A DNA stretch of 63,871 bases, filler included, from Platydemus manokwari (Eukaryota): assembly GCA_037951405.1 (NCBI GenBank). It is 6 parts of 6 records of this genome, joined end to end, with 100 filler letters (N's around TTAATTAATTAA, not from the genome) between each part and the next. Parts side by side here need not be neighbours in the genome. Positions count along the whole stretch, not along the records: positions 20,550 to 29,304 come from JBBMOY011355204.1; positions 29,405 to 40,977 come from JBBMOY010587771.1; 4 more parts are not named here. One strand, 5' to 3'. The position numbers and the translations under genes are program-made. Under the pieces are notes generated by a model. That model saw only the letters and a list, made by a program, of their open reading frames with translations. It made no database searches and was not told where the DNA came from. Within the stretch, counting starts at the first letter, position 1. Each line of letters begins with the position of its first letter. Of this stretch, positions 25,625 through 39,900 are shown in pieces.

Positions 25625-26808
25625 TTTTTGTCAACTGAAAATTAGTTAATTTAACTTAATTTTATTATCCCACAATTAACATTGAATAGACAATTAATTA
25701 TTCATTAAATAATGTCTTACAAATTTCATTGATTTAATTTATATTTGATAAAATTAATATTAAGCAATTTCTATCACATAAGAATTCGATAGAATTCTAA
25801 TATCATTGTTAACGATCATTCTACGATGACATAATCAACAAATTTATGTTGGTTTTTCAGATTTACTGATGCGGTTCATGTTTTATTAATATGATTACTT
25901 CCATCAACGTTTCCATGATTTGATCTCGTTTGAAATCAACATTAGATAGGTTTTTGTTAGAGTGTTATTACTTTTAACCAACTAAAAGTTTACAACAATA
26001 AAATACTATCTAAAGATAGTCACGAAAATGGTGTAATTTATTTATTTCAATATATGTTAAATTCATTCAGCAAATATTATATTTTGAATAAAATTTATTA
26101 TTTATAATCTTTGAATATTAAAGTTAAAATTAAAAAAAATTAATGGAGTCAGAAATATTTTTGTTAATAAATATTTGAACTTATTTATATGAATACACAC
26201 ACGGTTTACAATTTGCCAAAATTGACGTGACATCATGAATTTTCAATGAAACTATATTACAATCTTTATTGATAAGTTTTAAATATAATGTGAATTAATG
26301 ATAGCAGCCATCAGATTATAATTTCAAAATACTTTTATTGATTAAATGACGTACATTATTAATAAGCTAATTTACATTGAACATCAAATTTGACTTTGTA
26401 CATAATAAACAACTTATAAAATTACTTTTATACCATGTGGTAATATTGTGCCTTTATAAAATAAATTTTTATTGCTTTTAATTAATGCAAATTTTGAAAT
26501 AGTAAACTATTTAATGATTGAACAATAATTTTTGATAATTATTTGAGTTCAAATTCCTCTGATATTGAAAAATTACATCATTGAAATATATTTCGATACA
26601 CACTACTGCACTGCAAATACCAATCTAAACCACTCAATGTTATAACATTATTAAAATTTAATGATCGCTCTTAATTTCTGAGACTAACATTTGTTCTTGT
26701 TATGGAAGTAATGAAATGAAAATTAATAAATATATCGTTTAAATAATGGTGCTTAAATTGAACATCATTTCGTCAGTTTCAAATTATTTAAAATTATATG
26801 ATGTAGAT

Positions 26809-26931
26809 CAGGGGTGGCCAACCGGTCGATCGCGATCGTTTGGTCGAACTTGGAGCCAATTTTAGTCGGTCGCGTGAGATGTTATTCAAATGAAAAGTCG
26901 ATCTTACGTACACAAAAGTTGGCCACCTCTG
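26809..26931. mobile_element. hAT (Charlie/Buster-type) MITE, 123 bp
   Basis: TIRs CAGGGGTGGCCAAC ... GTTGGCCACCTCTG. Perfect 8-bp TSD ATGTAGAT at 26801-26808 and 26932-26939. Confidence 0.93.
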
Positions 26932-28345
26932 ATGTAGATGAATCACATAAATAAAGTCGAATGAAAAATTGAGATTTTACAAATGTGGTTGATATTTATA
27001 TTAATAAATTTTCCCTGTATAAGAAACCAATTAATATGAATTTATTTCAAATCATTTTTGTCTCATTCGATAAAGCATTTATGTATTACTGGAACTTCAG
27101 TCATTTAATCTAAAAGATACTAATAAGCAAATATTTATCATATCATCTGTTAATATTCAATTATTTATTTTAATCATCCAATACACAAATACGGGAGATA
27201 ATCAATGTAAATAATGGTCCAATATGGATAAGCCAAGCACAATATTTCAAATTACTATAATTTTACACAACGAATACACATGTAAAAATACTTTACTTAT
27301 TCGAAACGTATATTTGTCCAAGTTCCACACAGTAGAATTCTGTCATCGATATGTAAATAATGCAATAAAATGAGATTCAGCATCATTTGAGTGTGAATTA
27401 AAGTCTTATGTAATTGATTGTTTTCATTTTTACACGGTACCTTTTCCTTTCATATCATATGGTCTTGAGTGGCATTGATGAGTTTATATCAAATAAAATA
27501 AAGTCAATAAATTTCTGTAAATCAGGCAGTATTACATGGGTTTAACATCGAAATTTTTTAATAATTTTAACTTTGGTTGCGCCAGTAAGATATTGAAGAG
27601 AAAAACATAGACACTGAATTATTATATTTAATCTTTTTTTACCGCGTTAACAGTCCAATTCCGTTTATATAAGGACGATATTATTTTTTTTGTTTATTGG
27701 CTTTTTCCAATCAAAGTTAAAAAAAAATTCGAAGCAGTTATAAAAAAATTGTAAAAGAAAATTTATTGTCTTTCACACAAATTCGCCTTAATAAAGATAT
27801 TAATTCTGTTGGTAATTAATTTGAATAATAAGTATGGGATTTGTTGAGTTATGCGGGCTGAATTTTCACACGCTGTTGTGAATTAATCCATCCAAAAGGT
27901 GAGTTCGAAATCAAAAATAAACGAAACATTTTCTCGTAAATTTATTAAAAAAGCAAATAAGCACAGATTAGAAAACAATCTTCAACGCTTTCCAAATCAT
28001 TGCTTCTATATTTTCAATTATAAATGTAACAAATATTAAATATCGCACTTTTATTTCTCTCGTTAGCTTTTATTAATATTAACTTTATCAACAACTTCAA
28101 TCTTTATCACTTTATCAACGCCTCTGATCAATTGAATAATAACTTAATCAGCGCTCTTCATTCTCAAATTTTAGTTGTAAATTGTGCTGGTATTGGCTCA
28201 GCATTTATAATATTATAATTCACTTTTTTTAAAGATAATAATTTTAGATTTATACTCTTACAAATATATTGGGTAGATCACAAATCAATCAAAAGGGTTA
28301 CAAGCACCCTACAAATAACCCTCAAAAAGGTCGACACACTTAGAT

Positions 28346-28610
28346 CCAATAAGAACATGTACCTTTAGCCAATCAGACTCGCTCTAATATTAATCCATAT
28401 TTAGAAGTTGAGAATCGACAGATGCATACCTACAAATGGCAGCAAACTCAAATATCTGCCAATAACATAAGAGATACGAGGAAAATTCCAATCAGATCGA
28501 CCCACGAATGAATTCAGCAAATTGAAAACGAAGATCGATGACATCAAGGAGGCACATTTGATAAGTCTATAAAAGAGGTTGAGTTCTATTAGTAACTGCC
28601 AGTCTTTTTG
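28346..28610 (+). promoter_or_regulatory. Pol II promoter-like cluster (4 CCAAT + TATA), possibly a solo LTR
   Basis: CCAAT at 28346, 28369, 28459 and 28488, TATAAAA at 28568, initiator-like CAGT near 28600, then a GT-rich tract. No downstream ORF. Confidence 0.45.
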
Positions 28611-29304
28611 GTCGGTAATTCACGTAATTGACTTTGTGTGATTTTCAGTAATAAGTCTTTTTGATTACTTTCTATTCTGTCTTTGACTTTTGGGTGCTGA
28701 TGTCGTCTTGTGTGATTTACTTGTAGTCGTTGTAATTACGATTGTGGTATTTCGGGTAATATAGTTTCTAATCAATATAGATTTTCTAATCAATGAACTA
28801 TGAAATAAATTTCCAGACGATCATAAAATTTTTTGAAACTCGTATTTAAATTATTGGAGATTGGATTAACTAGATATGTGATTTGACTGATGCTTTGCAC
28901 CGCTCTTTTTTTCGAATCAGCATGAGCAAAACTTTTTCAATTCTACTAATTTTACTTTTCTGTTATCAAATTATGGAATGGTCATGACATTGTTGTTACT
29001 ATGGTATATTATTATATGCAATAATGTGTTGGGTTATTATATCTGTAACATTGAATTATTTTGGGATACAACTTTGGAATAACACACTGGGTGATTAGAT
29101 CATGACAGTGAAACAATTTGCGATATCATATATTACATATCTAGCGAAATTGTAAAATGAATCATTTTGGGTCATTATATATTACAAAATCATGAACTTA
29201 TTGCTAAAAGTTAGAATGTTCTTATTACATAACGGTAAAATTATTGTGAGGCATAGAAATAAAATATGGACTACTATATGGGTCTATGTATATATAATTG
29301 TAGA

Positions 29305-29404
29305 NNNNNNNNNNNNNNNNNNNNNNNNNNNNNNNNNNNNNNNNNNNNTTAATTAATTAANNNNNNNNNNNNNNNNNNNNNNNNNNNNNNNNNNNNNNNN
29401 NNNN
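29305..29404. other. Artificial contig linker
   Basis: 44 N + TTAATTAATTAA + 44 N. Confidence 0.97.
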
Positions 29405-29599
29405 AATAGACTGATAATCGAGAGGGTTGATTTGAATTTAAATCAGATCAATCTTAAGAACTCACCGGTGTTGGGAATACATACATATAAGTACCAAAAC
29501 CCAACATGTACTTAAATTTAAGAATAACTGACTCTATAAGGTTAAAGAATTAGCTAAACCAAGGAATTTCAGAATCATACTTTGAATTGGTGCATTATC

Positions 29600-30800
29600 A
29601 TGAATCGTCTTATTATGAACATAAACGTTTTCACAAAGGTCATTTATAACGAATTGTTATGAGACCTTTGTAAATGACCAGTTTTCCCAATTGATAACGA
29701 AAGGTCTATAGTCCATATTATCTTTGGTTGTTAAGATGCTAGTGCGCACTTAATCACAAGTTATGAAACAGCCTCGCGTAATTTGACACAATTTGAAGCT
29801 ATGTTAATCAGGACAAATGAGATAAATATTTTTCGCTACTCTTCCATAAAATGATCTACATATGACCTTCTAAAATTTTCATTCTTGCTTTCACATGCAG
29901 GGGTTTTAAAACCAATTTGCAAGAATAGAAACACTTTGGATATTGTGAATATATCATTTACTCGCACCCCATTAATTCAAGAAAATAATAAAGCAAATTA
30001 TGGAAAATTGAACCCTACCAATGACCAAATTGATTAATAGAAAAAATGTAGACCATAATCGCAACCATCACTCTTTTAGATCATAAGTGTAGATTTATGG
30101 GATCTTTGCTTTATTTTAATTTTATGTGATTTTAACTCGCTTTGGAAATATCTGAGTCTAATCAGTCTTCTGAGTTCTCACGAACCTCAGGCATCTATCA
30201 AACTTAATATTTAGTTGTTTCTTCGTCTCAATCGACTCTAATCCAAGTATGAAGACGAGATGAGGAGCTTTAGATATTGCTTTTAAGATTTCAATACTGT
30301 TTAGCAAATTATCAATCTCTTTAAACTCCGTCTGCAATATTTGAATTTGATAATGAAATGATTTTATTACTGCAAATGGAGTGATTCCTTAGGGCATTCA
30401 CCAATTCAAATATCAAAACTAAATTCCTTGCTATAAGTTACTACAAATATGCAATTATGTTTATGAATTTTATATGATAATAACAATGATTTAATAAATT
30501 ACTACTTGTACACATTCAAAGGACAAGTTGTACCACTAAAATCTGGAAAAAGCTTTGGTTATAATGCTCCCAAGAGAAATATATCCAATTGATCAAGACA
30601 ATTTGGATTAAGTGAATATTATAAATAATTGATGATTTTACAGTTGTCAATCTTACTGCGACTTCTCCTATTTGAGGCTTGAATGCCTCAGAACACAATA
30701 TCAATATTAAATTGATCTTCCAGCAACTATTGAGTATAGGCTCCTGAGAATATTAGCTGGATTTCATTATTGGCAAACTTGAATGATTTGCGTTCGAATA
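29600..30800 (-). mobile_element. Decayed APE-type LINE (endonuclease plus RT start)
   Basis: NIDI-LCSEA, IIYNIH and frameshifted FLLG-DYN (APE motifs), followed by KTPA and KDNMDYRP (RT YRPIS region) in the expected order. Confidence 0.5.
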
Positions 30801-32545
30801 ACAGGTGCACTATGCAAGTGGTTTCTATCTTTCAAGCCTGTTTATACTATTTTCATTCGAGGCGAATTTCCATTAAAATGCGGGTCGTATTATTTAATTT
30901 CAATAGAATTTTGTATTTAATCTGGGTCATTAACTTTGATAAGGAGCTTTCATTATTTGGAGATTATTATTAATATTTCCAAAAATAGGGTTTTATTTTG
31001 TTATATTTTTTCCCAGGCCAGATAAAAAACGGTAATTTAATATTTCTATTTTTACGAATATAAATATGTAGTTGTTAATTTGAAACTATCGATTCATTGA
31101 AGGGTGACTTTATATTTTATGCGGGTTAGTATTTATTTCCAAGGGCTTATTTTAAATGGACATAATCTTAAATTGGTTTTGACACATAAGTTTTTGAACA
31201 ATTGTTACGTAATGATAATAATTATTATTACTATTTTATTTCCTTTATTTCTTTTAAATAAAAATAACCATAAAAGCTGAAAAAAAAAGATGAAATACTA
31301 TTAACAATAAAAATAACTGCTTCTATATATTGATACAGCATTGAGCTATTATAAAATGAAATAAGATGAATGATTAAATATTCATGTAAGCGGAGTCAAT
31401 TCCTCCAAAATATGATTGTTACAAAGTTAATTTTCTCAAAACCCCAACATAATTAACCATATTTATTAAAGATATTTTTGACTTTTGATTTAAGTATTTA
31501 TCACAGATTTAAGGAGTTTATAGCCAAATTTAGATAGATATGGGCTGTATAGACTCCCAGAAAAGTCAAAAATTCTTAAATTGAAAATTTATAAAAATTG
31601 TAGTTGGCTCCGGTTTTTATAATTATTTTACAAAAATAATAATTACAATATTATTGAACATTAAGTCTAGTTATAACTGAATATATACCCAATTCAAATA
31701 AATAAGAAAAATGAGACTTCAAATATTCAAAATATTCTCCATCGAACGGGATGCAATTCGAAAGATTGCAATTTATTCATCAATAAAATTTCTCACTGAA
31801 TGTCACTGAAACTAGTTCTAATAATATTAATCTTTCAAAAGAGTTTACATCGTGTTGACAATCCAATTGTTGCACAACAAAAGTTAATTAGTAATATCAA
31901 TATGGGAAACAATAGATGTTATTGTTCCATTGTTGTTGTAAATATTATAAAAAATAATTTTGAGATGGGAACAATTTGGATTATGAAGGTAATAAATAAA
32001 TAAATAAATATATATTTATCAAAATCGATATGTGAACAAATAGGCAGAACTTTTGACAGGTACTTTATTAAGTTTAAAATTCCGAATATTATTCATTGGA
32101 TTGATAATTCTGATTATTCGACATTAAAGTATGTTAGGAAAAGATGTAAATAATTTTGCAAGAAACATTTATGAAAAAACAATACATAAATTTTAAAATA
32201 TTTGGTTTTTTATTAAAAAATTTCTTTTGAAAAATCTTTTTAGAACATTGTGATGAAATATTCAATACATTTTCGAATTAAAATGATCATAAAATAGGTG
32301 CAGTGCATCACTTGGAAACGTCGAAGTTGTAAATGATTCCGTGAAGATAAATGGCATAAAGTATGGAATGTGAGAAGTTTTAATCTGATAAAAAATATTC
32401 ACACAGTCCACTCCGACTCTAGAAAGTGGGGTAGTACCAGACATGGAGCAGTTATATTGAATATAATCAAGATAATTTTAGTATCAGTAGCTGCAATATT
32501 ATTTGTGAAATTGTATTGAAATTTAATCAACAGACAGTGGAGAAT

Positions 32546-32581
32546 TATATATATATATATATATATATGCGTGTGTGTGTT
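32546..32581. repeat. (AT)n-(GT)n compound microsatellite
   Basis: atatat...gcgtgtgtgtgt. Confidence 0.85.
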
Positions 32582-33479
32582 GAATTTCTGGGTTTTGAAA
32601 CTGGAAGCCTAGTGTTGCCTATTAACCTAACACATCAGTTAAAACCTTTCCATTTCAGATTAACCAATAATACTTTGAACAAGAAATACTTATATTCAAT
32701 CCAACACAATTTATATACTCTATCTGAGCACACGGTTAGTAAAAAAAATAAAGATGATCGATTGGCGACCAAATGATTTCTTCAAAAATAAATTTTAAAG
32801 ATAAAGATGAAAATCAAAAATTTAAAATAGAATTTTGACGCTTTAATATTTCTATTTGCTCTAAACAGATAGTCTCGATACAGTTTTTCAGAAATAAACC
32901 AATGGAATTGCTATTCAAAAATACAGAATCAAGGATCATATCAATTTCCAGATGATTACAGAATTATCTGAAAGTTTCTGATTGATATTGGAATGCGAGA
33001 TGAATGAGACTTAACAAAATTTCTCTTCTTCAAACCTTCATGAGAAATAAGATCTTGAAATTCTATTTCATTTTGCAGATATAAATTTACAAGTTGTCGA
33101 CCTTAGTGTTCCTTATAGTTGAACTAATTCACTCTGAGGTCAGATCTGATAATTATAGTAATGATATTGTGATGTATTATTTTGATACATTTTTGTTTTG
33201 TATTGTACTACTATTATTGTATTACTATTATTATAAGCATTAGGCTAGTTAGGTCATTTAATTATGAACTTTGCTAATATCGTTTTGAACTCGAAGACTA
33301 TTATCTAATTTTATATATTGTATACATATACATAATTAGTTGGCCTACCACAAATCTAGGTATAACAGTATTTCGTTGGGAATCGTTTTGTCATTTCGTC
33401 AAAGTTATAAAACCTGTCTCTCTCACATTTAAATAGTAATTTTAAAATTGGAATTATATATTAAACAGGCCGCACATAT

Positions 33480-33890
33480 GGCAGCTCATACTAAAGTTAT
33501 CTAAAGGAATTTTTTTTTCAAAGAGTATTTCATAAATACCCATTACGAAATAGCTAAGCTAACTGCAAAACATCAAGCCATCTTTCTCCTGATGATACTA
33601 ATTTATGCACCATATTATAATTGGACTCGGATAGAAAGTATAATTTTGTCTTGAAATGTTTATGAAACGAAACATATCGTTTTAAATTTTGGTTCTTGGG
33701 AATAGATAAAGTCACTGAAACCGTGAACACAGTTCAATGATCATTGAAATAGTCAATGAAGATTATGGAATCCAAGAATCTTATCCAATTTTTTCAGAAG
33801 ACGCATAATAGAATTATTAGAAATATAAAGGTTGCATATATTCTTGCAAATCATGATAACAATAAATAAATCACATTCGGTGAAAGTCTA
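33480..33890 (+). mobile_element. Possible Merlin transposase relic
   Basis: WFLGIDKVT (cf. WVFGGIDR.T), YKGC, INH (cf. WKGY...VNHS); heavily decayed. Confidence 0.3.
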
Positions 33891-34759
33891 ATTATGCGGT
33901 CATTTAAAAAGAAAAATTATTTCGAAAGCATTTTAATTCGTTGGTTGATAATGATTTAGATAAATATATGCTACTGAATTTAGATATTCACTTTTATTAG
34001 CGCTTAATTTATATCTTCAAATGATCGATTTTTAGTTAAGATTTTTTCAACAATTTTAAGAAGCTCGTGGAAATATTATGATAATTTTGTCTTATAATAT
34101 AATCCATTGTAATGTCTATTAAATTTCTTGAAAGCTCGACCAACAAAAATTATGGCTTCCATAGAAAATGTACTTTGAATGAGAAGCATAAAATATTTTT
34201 ACTTTAGATTTATTTTCTAATAATAATTTTCGGTTAATTCTGCATTGGTAAGACTAACGTCAATTCAATTTCACAAAAAGGAAATGATATACATACCAAT
34301 GACATTGAGATTGTTAATCATCATATTACTTTTGATATTAAACAAGCAATGGAACTCTCTTGATCGCAATCTATCGATTATATCAATAATATTATTACAA
34401 TTTTTAAAATTTTGATATTTCTGATGTTGAAATAAAGTTCAGGTGCTTCAGAATAAAAGTACAATTTAATAAAAAATACATTTTTATTGATTAGATTTTT
34501 GGAATCATTATCTTATCCGTCTAAATTGTTATAATTATATTGTTAAATTTGCTTTATTCTTATTGGCGTATCTTCTGTAAATCAAATAATGTGCAAGGCG
34601 AATAATCAAAGTGAATTAAGTTAGGCTCATCATTAAGAATAATAATAAACCTTGTATTAAATAATAACGTATTTCTACTTTATTAAGATTTTCAATTTCC
34701 TGTTCTGCTGGAAGTACTCTTTGAAATAATTATGTACTTGTCTTAAATAATGGCAGTAC

Positions 34760-34860
34760 CTTCACTTTTATACTGCAGCACTGTCAATAAACTAATTAAC
34801 CGCCACCTCATGCTGGTTAACCACCAATTCCACGAATTCATGTTTTTCTGTACTGCAATT
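34760..34860 (-). mobile_element. Retrotransposon aspartic protease relic
   Basis: EFVELVVNQHEVAVN*FIDSAA resembles V.VNG..V..(F/L)IDSGA. Confidence 0.4.
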
Positions 34861-35673
34861 GGTCGAAACCCTTTCGCAGATTAACTATCTTCCAGTCAGG
34901 ACAAAACCGATTTTCTCACCAACTTTACCTGCTGGTACTTTGGTATTGATCTATTCTAAATAAATGATAATTTCCTATCTCAAAAATTGTTTTCTATTTT
35001 TAATTAATTGATTCAGTTAAACAAACCTAATTATTTAATAATTAATTAGATACATTATTTTTAATATTATTTTGTTTGGATATTTATTTTTAGAAATAAT
35101 AATTTTATTTTAATAATTATTATTCTATTTTAGCTTTATTTATTTATTTCCCTATTTAAATCATTCCAACCAAAACTTCTTTCATCTTTTTAATTAATTA
35201 ATTTTGATTATCTCTTTATTAATTATGTTTATTTGGTGAGCTCTTCATTTCTATTCCAAAGAATTAGAGTCTAAAGTGACAAAACTCTTCTTTAAATATT
35301 TAAGATTATTTATTATTTATTATTTAAAGCTGCAATAATCGATTTTCTACGACACAGAAATTTCTTAGTAGTTGTAATTTAGTATCATGTATTCGTTTAT
35401 ATTCGAGAGCAATTATAGGCTTTTAAAGACCATACTCTTCTCTCTCTTCATTTGCTTTTGTTACTATTGTTAGTAGCAGCTACTTCACTTGTAATTGATG
35501 CTTCAACAAAAGAACTCATTATATCGATTTTATTAAATTTGATTTAATTCCAACACTTCATACAATTTTTTAAACAAAATATAATTTCTTTTCTAGAGAG
35601 ATTTGATTTTCAATCATGATCAGGGATAACTAAAATATTAAAATAATTGTCTAATTATTTTACAATAGATTTG

Positions 35674-35791
35674 AAAATTATTTAAAAATTATTTAAAAAT
35701 TATTGAAAAGTTATTGAAAAATTATTTAATAATTATTTAAAAATTATTTAAAATTTATTTAAAATTTATTTAAAATTTATTTAAAATTATT
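35674..35791. repeat. 11-bp minisatellite, about 10 copies
   Basis: Unit AAAATTATTTA with variants AAAATTATTGA and AAAATTTATTT. Confidence 0.88.
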
Positions 35792-36387
35792 AATGCTCAC
35801 AACTATTTTTATATTTTATATATTCTAATTATTTTTCTTTACTATTTTTAGTTAATATTTTTTCATTCTATTATTGTATTTTATTATTTTTAAATTTACT
35901 TTGTGACTAAATACGTTTGGGAAAATTTCTTTTGTTAAATTCGGTGAAATTTTATTTGATTTTGATAGATTAATAATTCTTCTCCGCGTAAATAAGTGGT
36001 ATATCACGGGAGATTTATTGGTTTTATATTAGAAAAGAAGGATTTTAAAGCGATGATGATGATTTTTGTAAAATGAATTCAAAATATTTTATAATTAGAT
36101 TTTATATATTGATTTGTTATTTCTCTACCGATTTCCTTATGTGTCGCAGTACTTTTCAATTACTATATTGATAGTTTTTTTTCTATTTTGTAATTTTGTT
36201 ATATTTTCTTGTTTTTTAAAATTTCTGTATTCTGTGTTATTATTGAAAGAGGGTTTATCACTCAACAATGCTGTCTAGTTTATTTATATTTTAAAAAGTG
36301 AATGGTGTACTCATGTTGTAATTTATAAACACTCTTTAAACATATCAATATTTCTAGTTTGATGATTTTTTTTTTATTTAAATAGTC

Positions 36388-36962
36388 GGTTAAAGTTAAG
36401 AAGAGGTTACTAAAGTAAAATTTTAAATTTGTTGAGTGTATTGCAAAAATCTATATGGTTTATTTAATTATATTCTTTAAAAACATTTTGAGTTTTTTAT
36501 TCAAGTACTTAAGAAGAATTTTAGTCATTTGAAATCAAATATTAAATAAATTAGAACTTAAAATTCTACTAAAATTTGAAAAACGGATCAAAATAGGTCG
36601 AACTGCAATTTATTGAAAATTGGCTAGAACCCTTTTTTAATATTAGAAGCAAATTGATAGATAGTTTAAATTATTTTATTAAAAATAAGCAGTGATATTA
36701 TCAAACATATCTGTAGTTAACTAACTCGATTTATAATTAGAAAATTTAAAAACTCAATAATCATGTGATTAGAATAAGAACTCGGTTTTAAACTATCTTT
36801 TGTCTCTATTAGTAATCCTAAAAAGTAAGATATTAATTGAATTATACGAATAAATCAAAAATTTCAATTATATATAAAATTAAATAATTATAAAATTATT
36901 GCATGGGTGAAAATTCACCATTACGAAAATAGGTCAAAAGCCCCCTTTTCTTAACTTGAGTC
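36388..36962 (+). mobile_element. Non-autonomous deletion derivative of the Merlin element at 52.3 kb
   Basis: 36420-36660 aligns with 52417-52680. Left end GGTTAAAGTTAAGAAGAGG. Right end reverse complement GACTCAAGTTAAGAAAAGGGGGCTTTTGACCTATTTTCGTAATG matches the 52298 terminus GGCTTAAATTAAGAAAGGTCGTCTTTTGATCCACTTTCGTAATG. No clean TSD. Confidence 0.75.
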
Positions 36963-39900
36963 TTATTATTTAATAATACAAGTAATTATTCAAATACTTT
37001 TTAAGTTTACCTGAAATTTATTTTTCAGTTATGTCAAACCAAAACGGAAATTAAAAAATTAATGCAAAAATAAATTCTTATTAAGGCTTGAAAACATAAC
37101 CAATATCCCATCATAGATCATGTTTTATTTCCTTTACCACTAATATTAGCTATTTATTAAATTATCAATATGGAAATAAATAACCCGAAATGTCGACAGT
37201 CCATTTTTATAGTTTCATCATATTTTTTAAGAAATACATCAATTCTGATCATTTTTCTTTCCGGCTTTAATGAAAATCAGCAATAATGTTAGGAATTCGA
37301 TTAAGAAAGGAAACTATGTACAAAGGATTACTTTCCGTAATTAAAAATATAAACCTAAACTCATATGTGTTGTTTACATATCAGATTTTTTTCTAATTTA
37401 CTTAACTTATAATTTCAACATTAATTTAATTAAATTCTATTATTTGAATTCATTAATTTAATTAAGCCGAATGAAGTTTTCATTCATACCTTTTCGATCT
37501 GAATCTAATCCACAGCAACTACAATCTAAACTTTTTTGTTAATTATTTTTTTTTCGTATTTTATTCATTCTCGAATATATTTTAATTATAAAATGCAGAG
37601 TTTCATAGTTTTCTGTACAATTTGTTTGAAATTTATTATCGTACAATAAATCAGAATTTTAAAAATATTGAACAAGATTCATGAACTTTATTTAAAGAAA
37701 ATTTAACATGAATGATTGATTGGTGAATGACATATAACATTTCTTATCTATTACTTATCTATTTAACCTTAAAGGAATCATTATTATTAAGATGCATTGA
37801 GAAATAGAACGTAACTGTACTTATTAAGCCTGCTAAACAAAACTAATTCCGAAACATTTTATGATATTAAGCATTTCAATAAGTTTTATTCGAAATATCA
37901 TAAAAAATATAAAAACAAAAAACACCCATTTTAAAAATTGAAGAATTGTAAAAAAATGAAAAGCAGATAAAATAATTTAGTTATTCAAAATTCTTAAAAA
38001 AATTCTATTTTCCTTTTTGTGTAACAAATATTTAAATATTCATATCTATTTAAACTAAAAATAATCTTAGACCAACTTTATTTAAAATTTCTTTTCATTT
38101 TTTTATTATCGATTTAGTTGAAAGCATTAATCTATTAAGGTTAGACAAATTTTAATGGAAATAGCCTGTTTCATTTATGTGCGACTGATAGAAATACTAA
38201 AATTAGCATTTATTCTTTCAACGTTTATTCATTGTTTTCGGTTTAAATCTTTCTCATTAAATTCTCACATCAGATAAAAAAATTTCAACACCAGCTAAAA
38301 TCTGAAGCGTCGCATAATAACAAACGCGTCGAAGATTGTTTATGAAATAACAGTTGGCTCACAGAGCTGTTGCCAGTGAAAAATTAAAGTTTTAATACCG
38401 GATGACAGTGCAAAAACAACTTGAAAAACCATCGATCATTATTAATGAGTTTTTATCGGGAATTGGAAAAGAGAAATGTAAATCCTTGAAACTCTTCAAT
38501 GATGAAACTTAAATAGAATCAGATTAAGAAATATTATGAATCGTTTTAAATGTTTGGGAACATGACGCTTATGATAATGATTACCTCAATGAAAATTTCG
38601 TCTTTTTTTAATTTCATAAAAAAAGGAATATTTTTATAAAGAGAATTTAATTTTAATTTAATTTTATAAATCATAAAGAGAATTTAGCCGCCCATTTATT
38701 GTTTGTTTTCGGATAGAATTAATTTAATATTTTTCTCGAATCAATCATGATTATTAAAAAATATTTGAAATCCCAGTTCAAAAAAAATTTAAAAACCAAT
38801 TTTAAAAAAAGAAATCTGATTCGACAGCAATGTTTAATAATTTTAATCTTGTTTGTTTTAAATTTATAAGTTTTAATTAATATGAAGATTAGTGAAAAAT
38901 TAAAATAACTTCAATTTTTAATTGAAAATTTTATTTATCAATTATATATTTAATAAAGTAATTCTATAAAAATATATCAATTTAAAAAAGGGTGCTTAAA
39001 CCCCCTCTTAACAGTGAGTGAATAATTAATGGATTTGAAGGAATGAATTGTACGGAGCTGGTTTAATTTTGCATATTATAGATTTTCTGATGACAACATC
39101 AACTAAATCAGTAGTCAAGTCAATTAAATAATATACTGTAAAATCCCGAGTACAAACTGTAGGTTAAACGTGTAAAAATGTGACATTTTTGAGCTGCAAA
39201 TAATACTACATGTAGCTAGTATGACTATAAACAGTTTAATTTTGGATATACAAACATGAAGTCAATCCGCTAAACGGTAGCTACTGTGGACTCTTAGATA
39301 TCAGATGACACATCTAATGCATGTTGCAGATTATACGACTAATAAATACATCTTCAAAAATAACTATATATATATTTGAACAAAGAACTAAGAAAGTTAT
39401 GCAGAAAAAGTGAAAATCTGAAACAATGCCTAAAGTGATTAAGAGAAAATAATTCATTAATGTGCTAAAGAATTAAGACCTGAAGAATTTAACTTTTAAC
39501 GAAATTTAAGAAGTATGATCATTCATTCTTTCAATTTAGGTAGATTTTACATCAAACTCCAATTGTACAAATTCTATAATAAAATTCTATATCAACGATT
39601 ACAATAACCACGCAGGAATCACTGAAATGTTACTTCTGACTATTGTCAACAATCAGCATTTTATCTTTAAATTATAGTTTAAAATTTTCTATGATTAATG
39701 TAAAATGGTGAGCTTTACCTGTCTGTGAAACTGAACACAATTTTTTGTGGAAATTAAAATCAGTCACAGTTTTCACATGCTTGGTTTTCGATTTCGTTTA
39801 TGTTGCTGTGAGGATTATTAATTTTAAAAATGAAAATCAAGTAATTTAAAACATATAAAAGGAATAAAATTTTTAAAATCTTTGAACCACTATAAAAATA

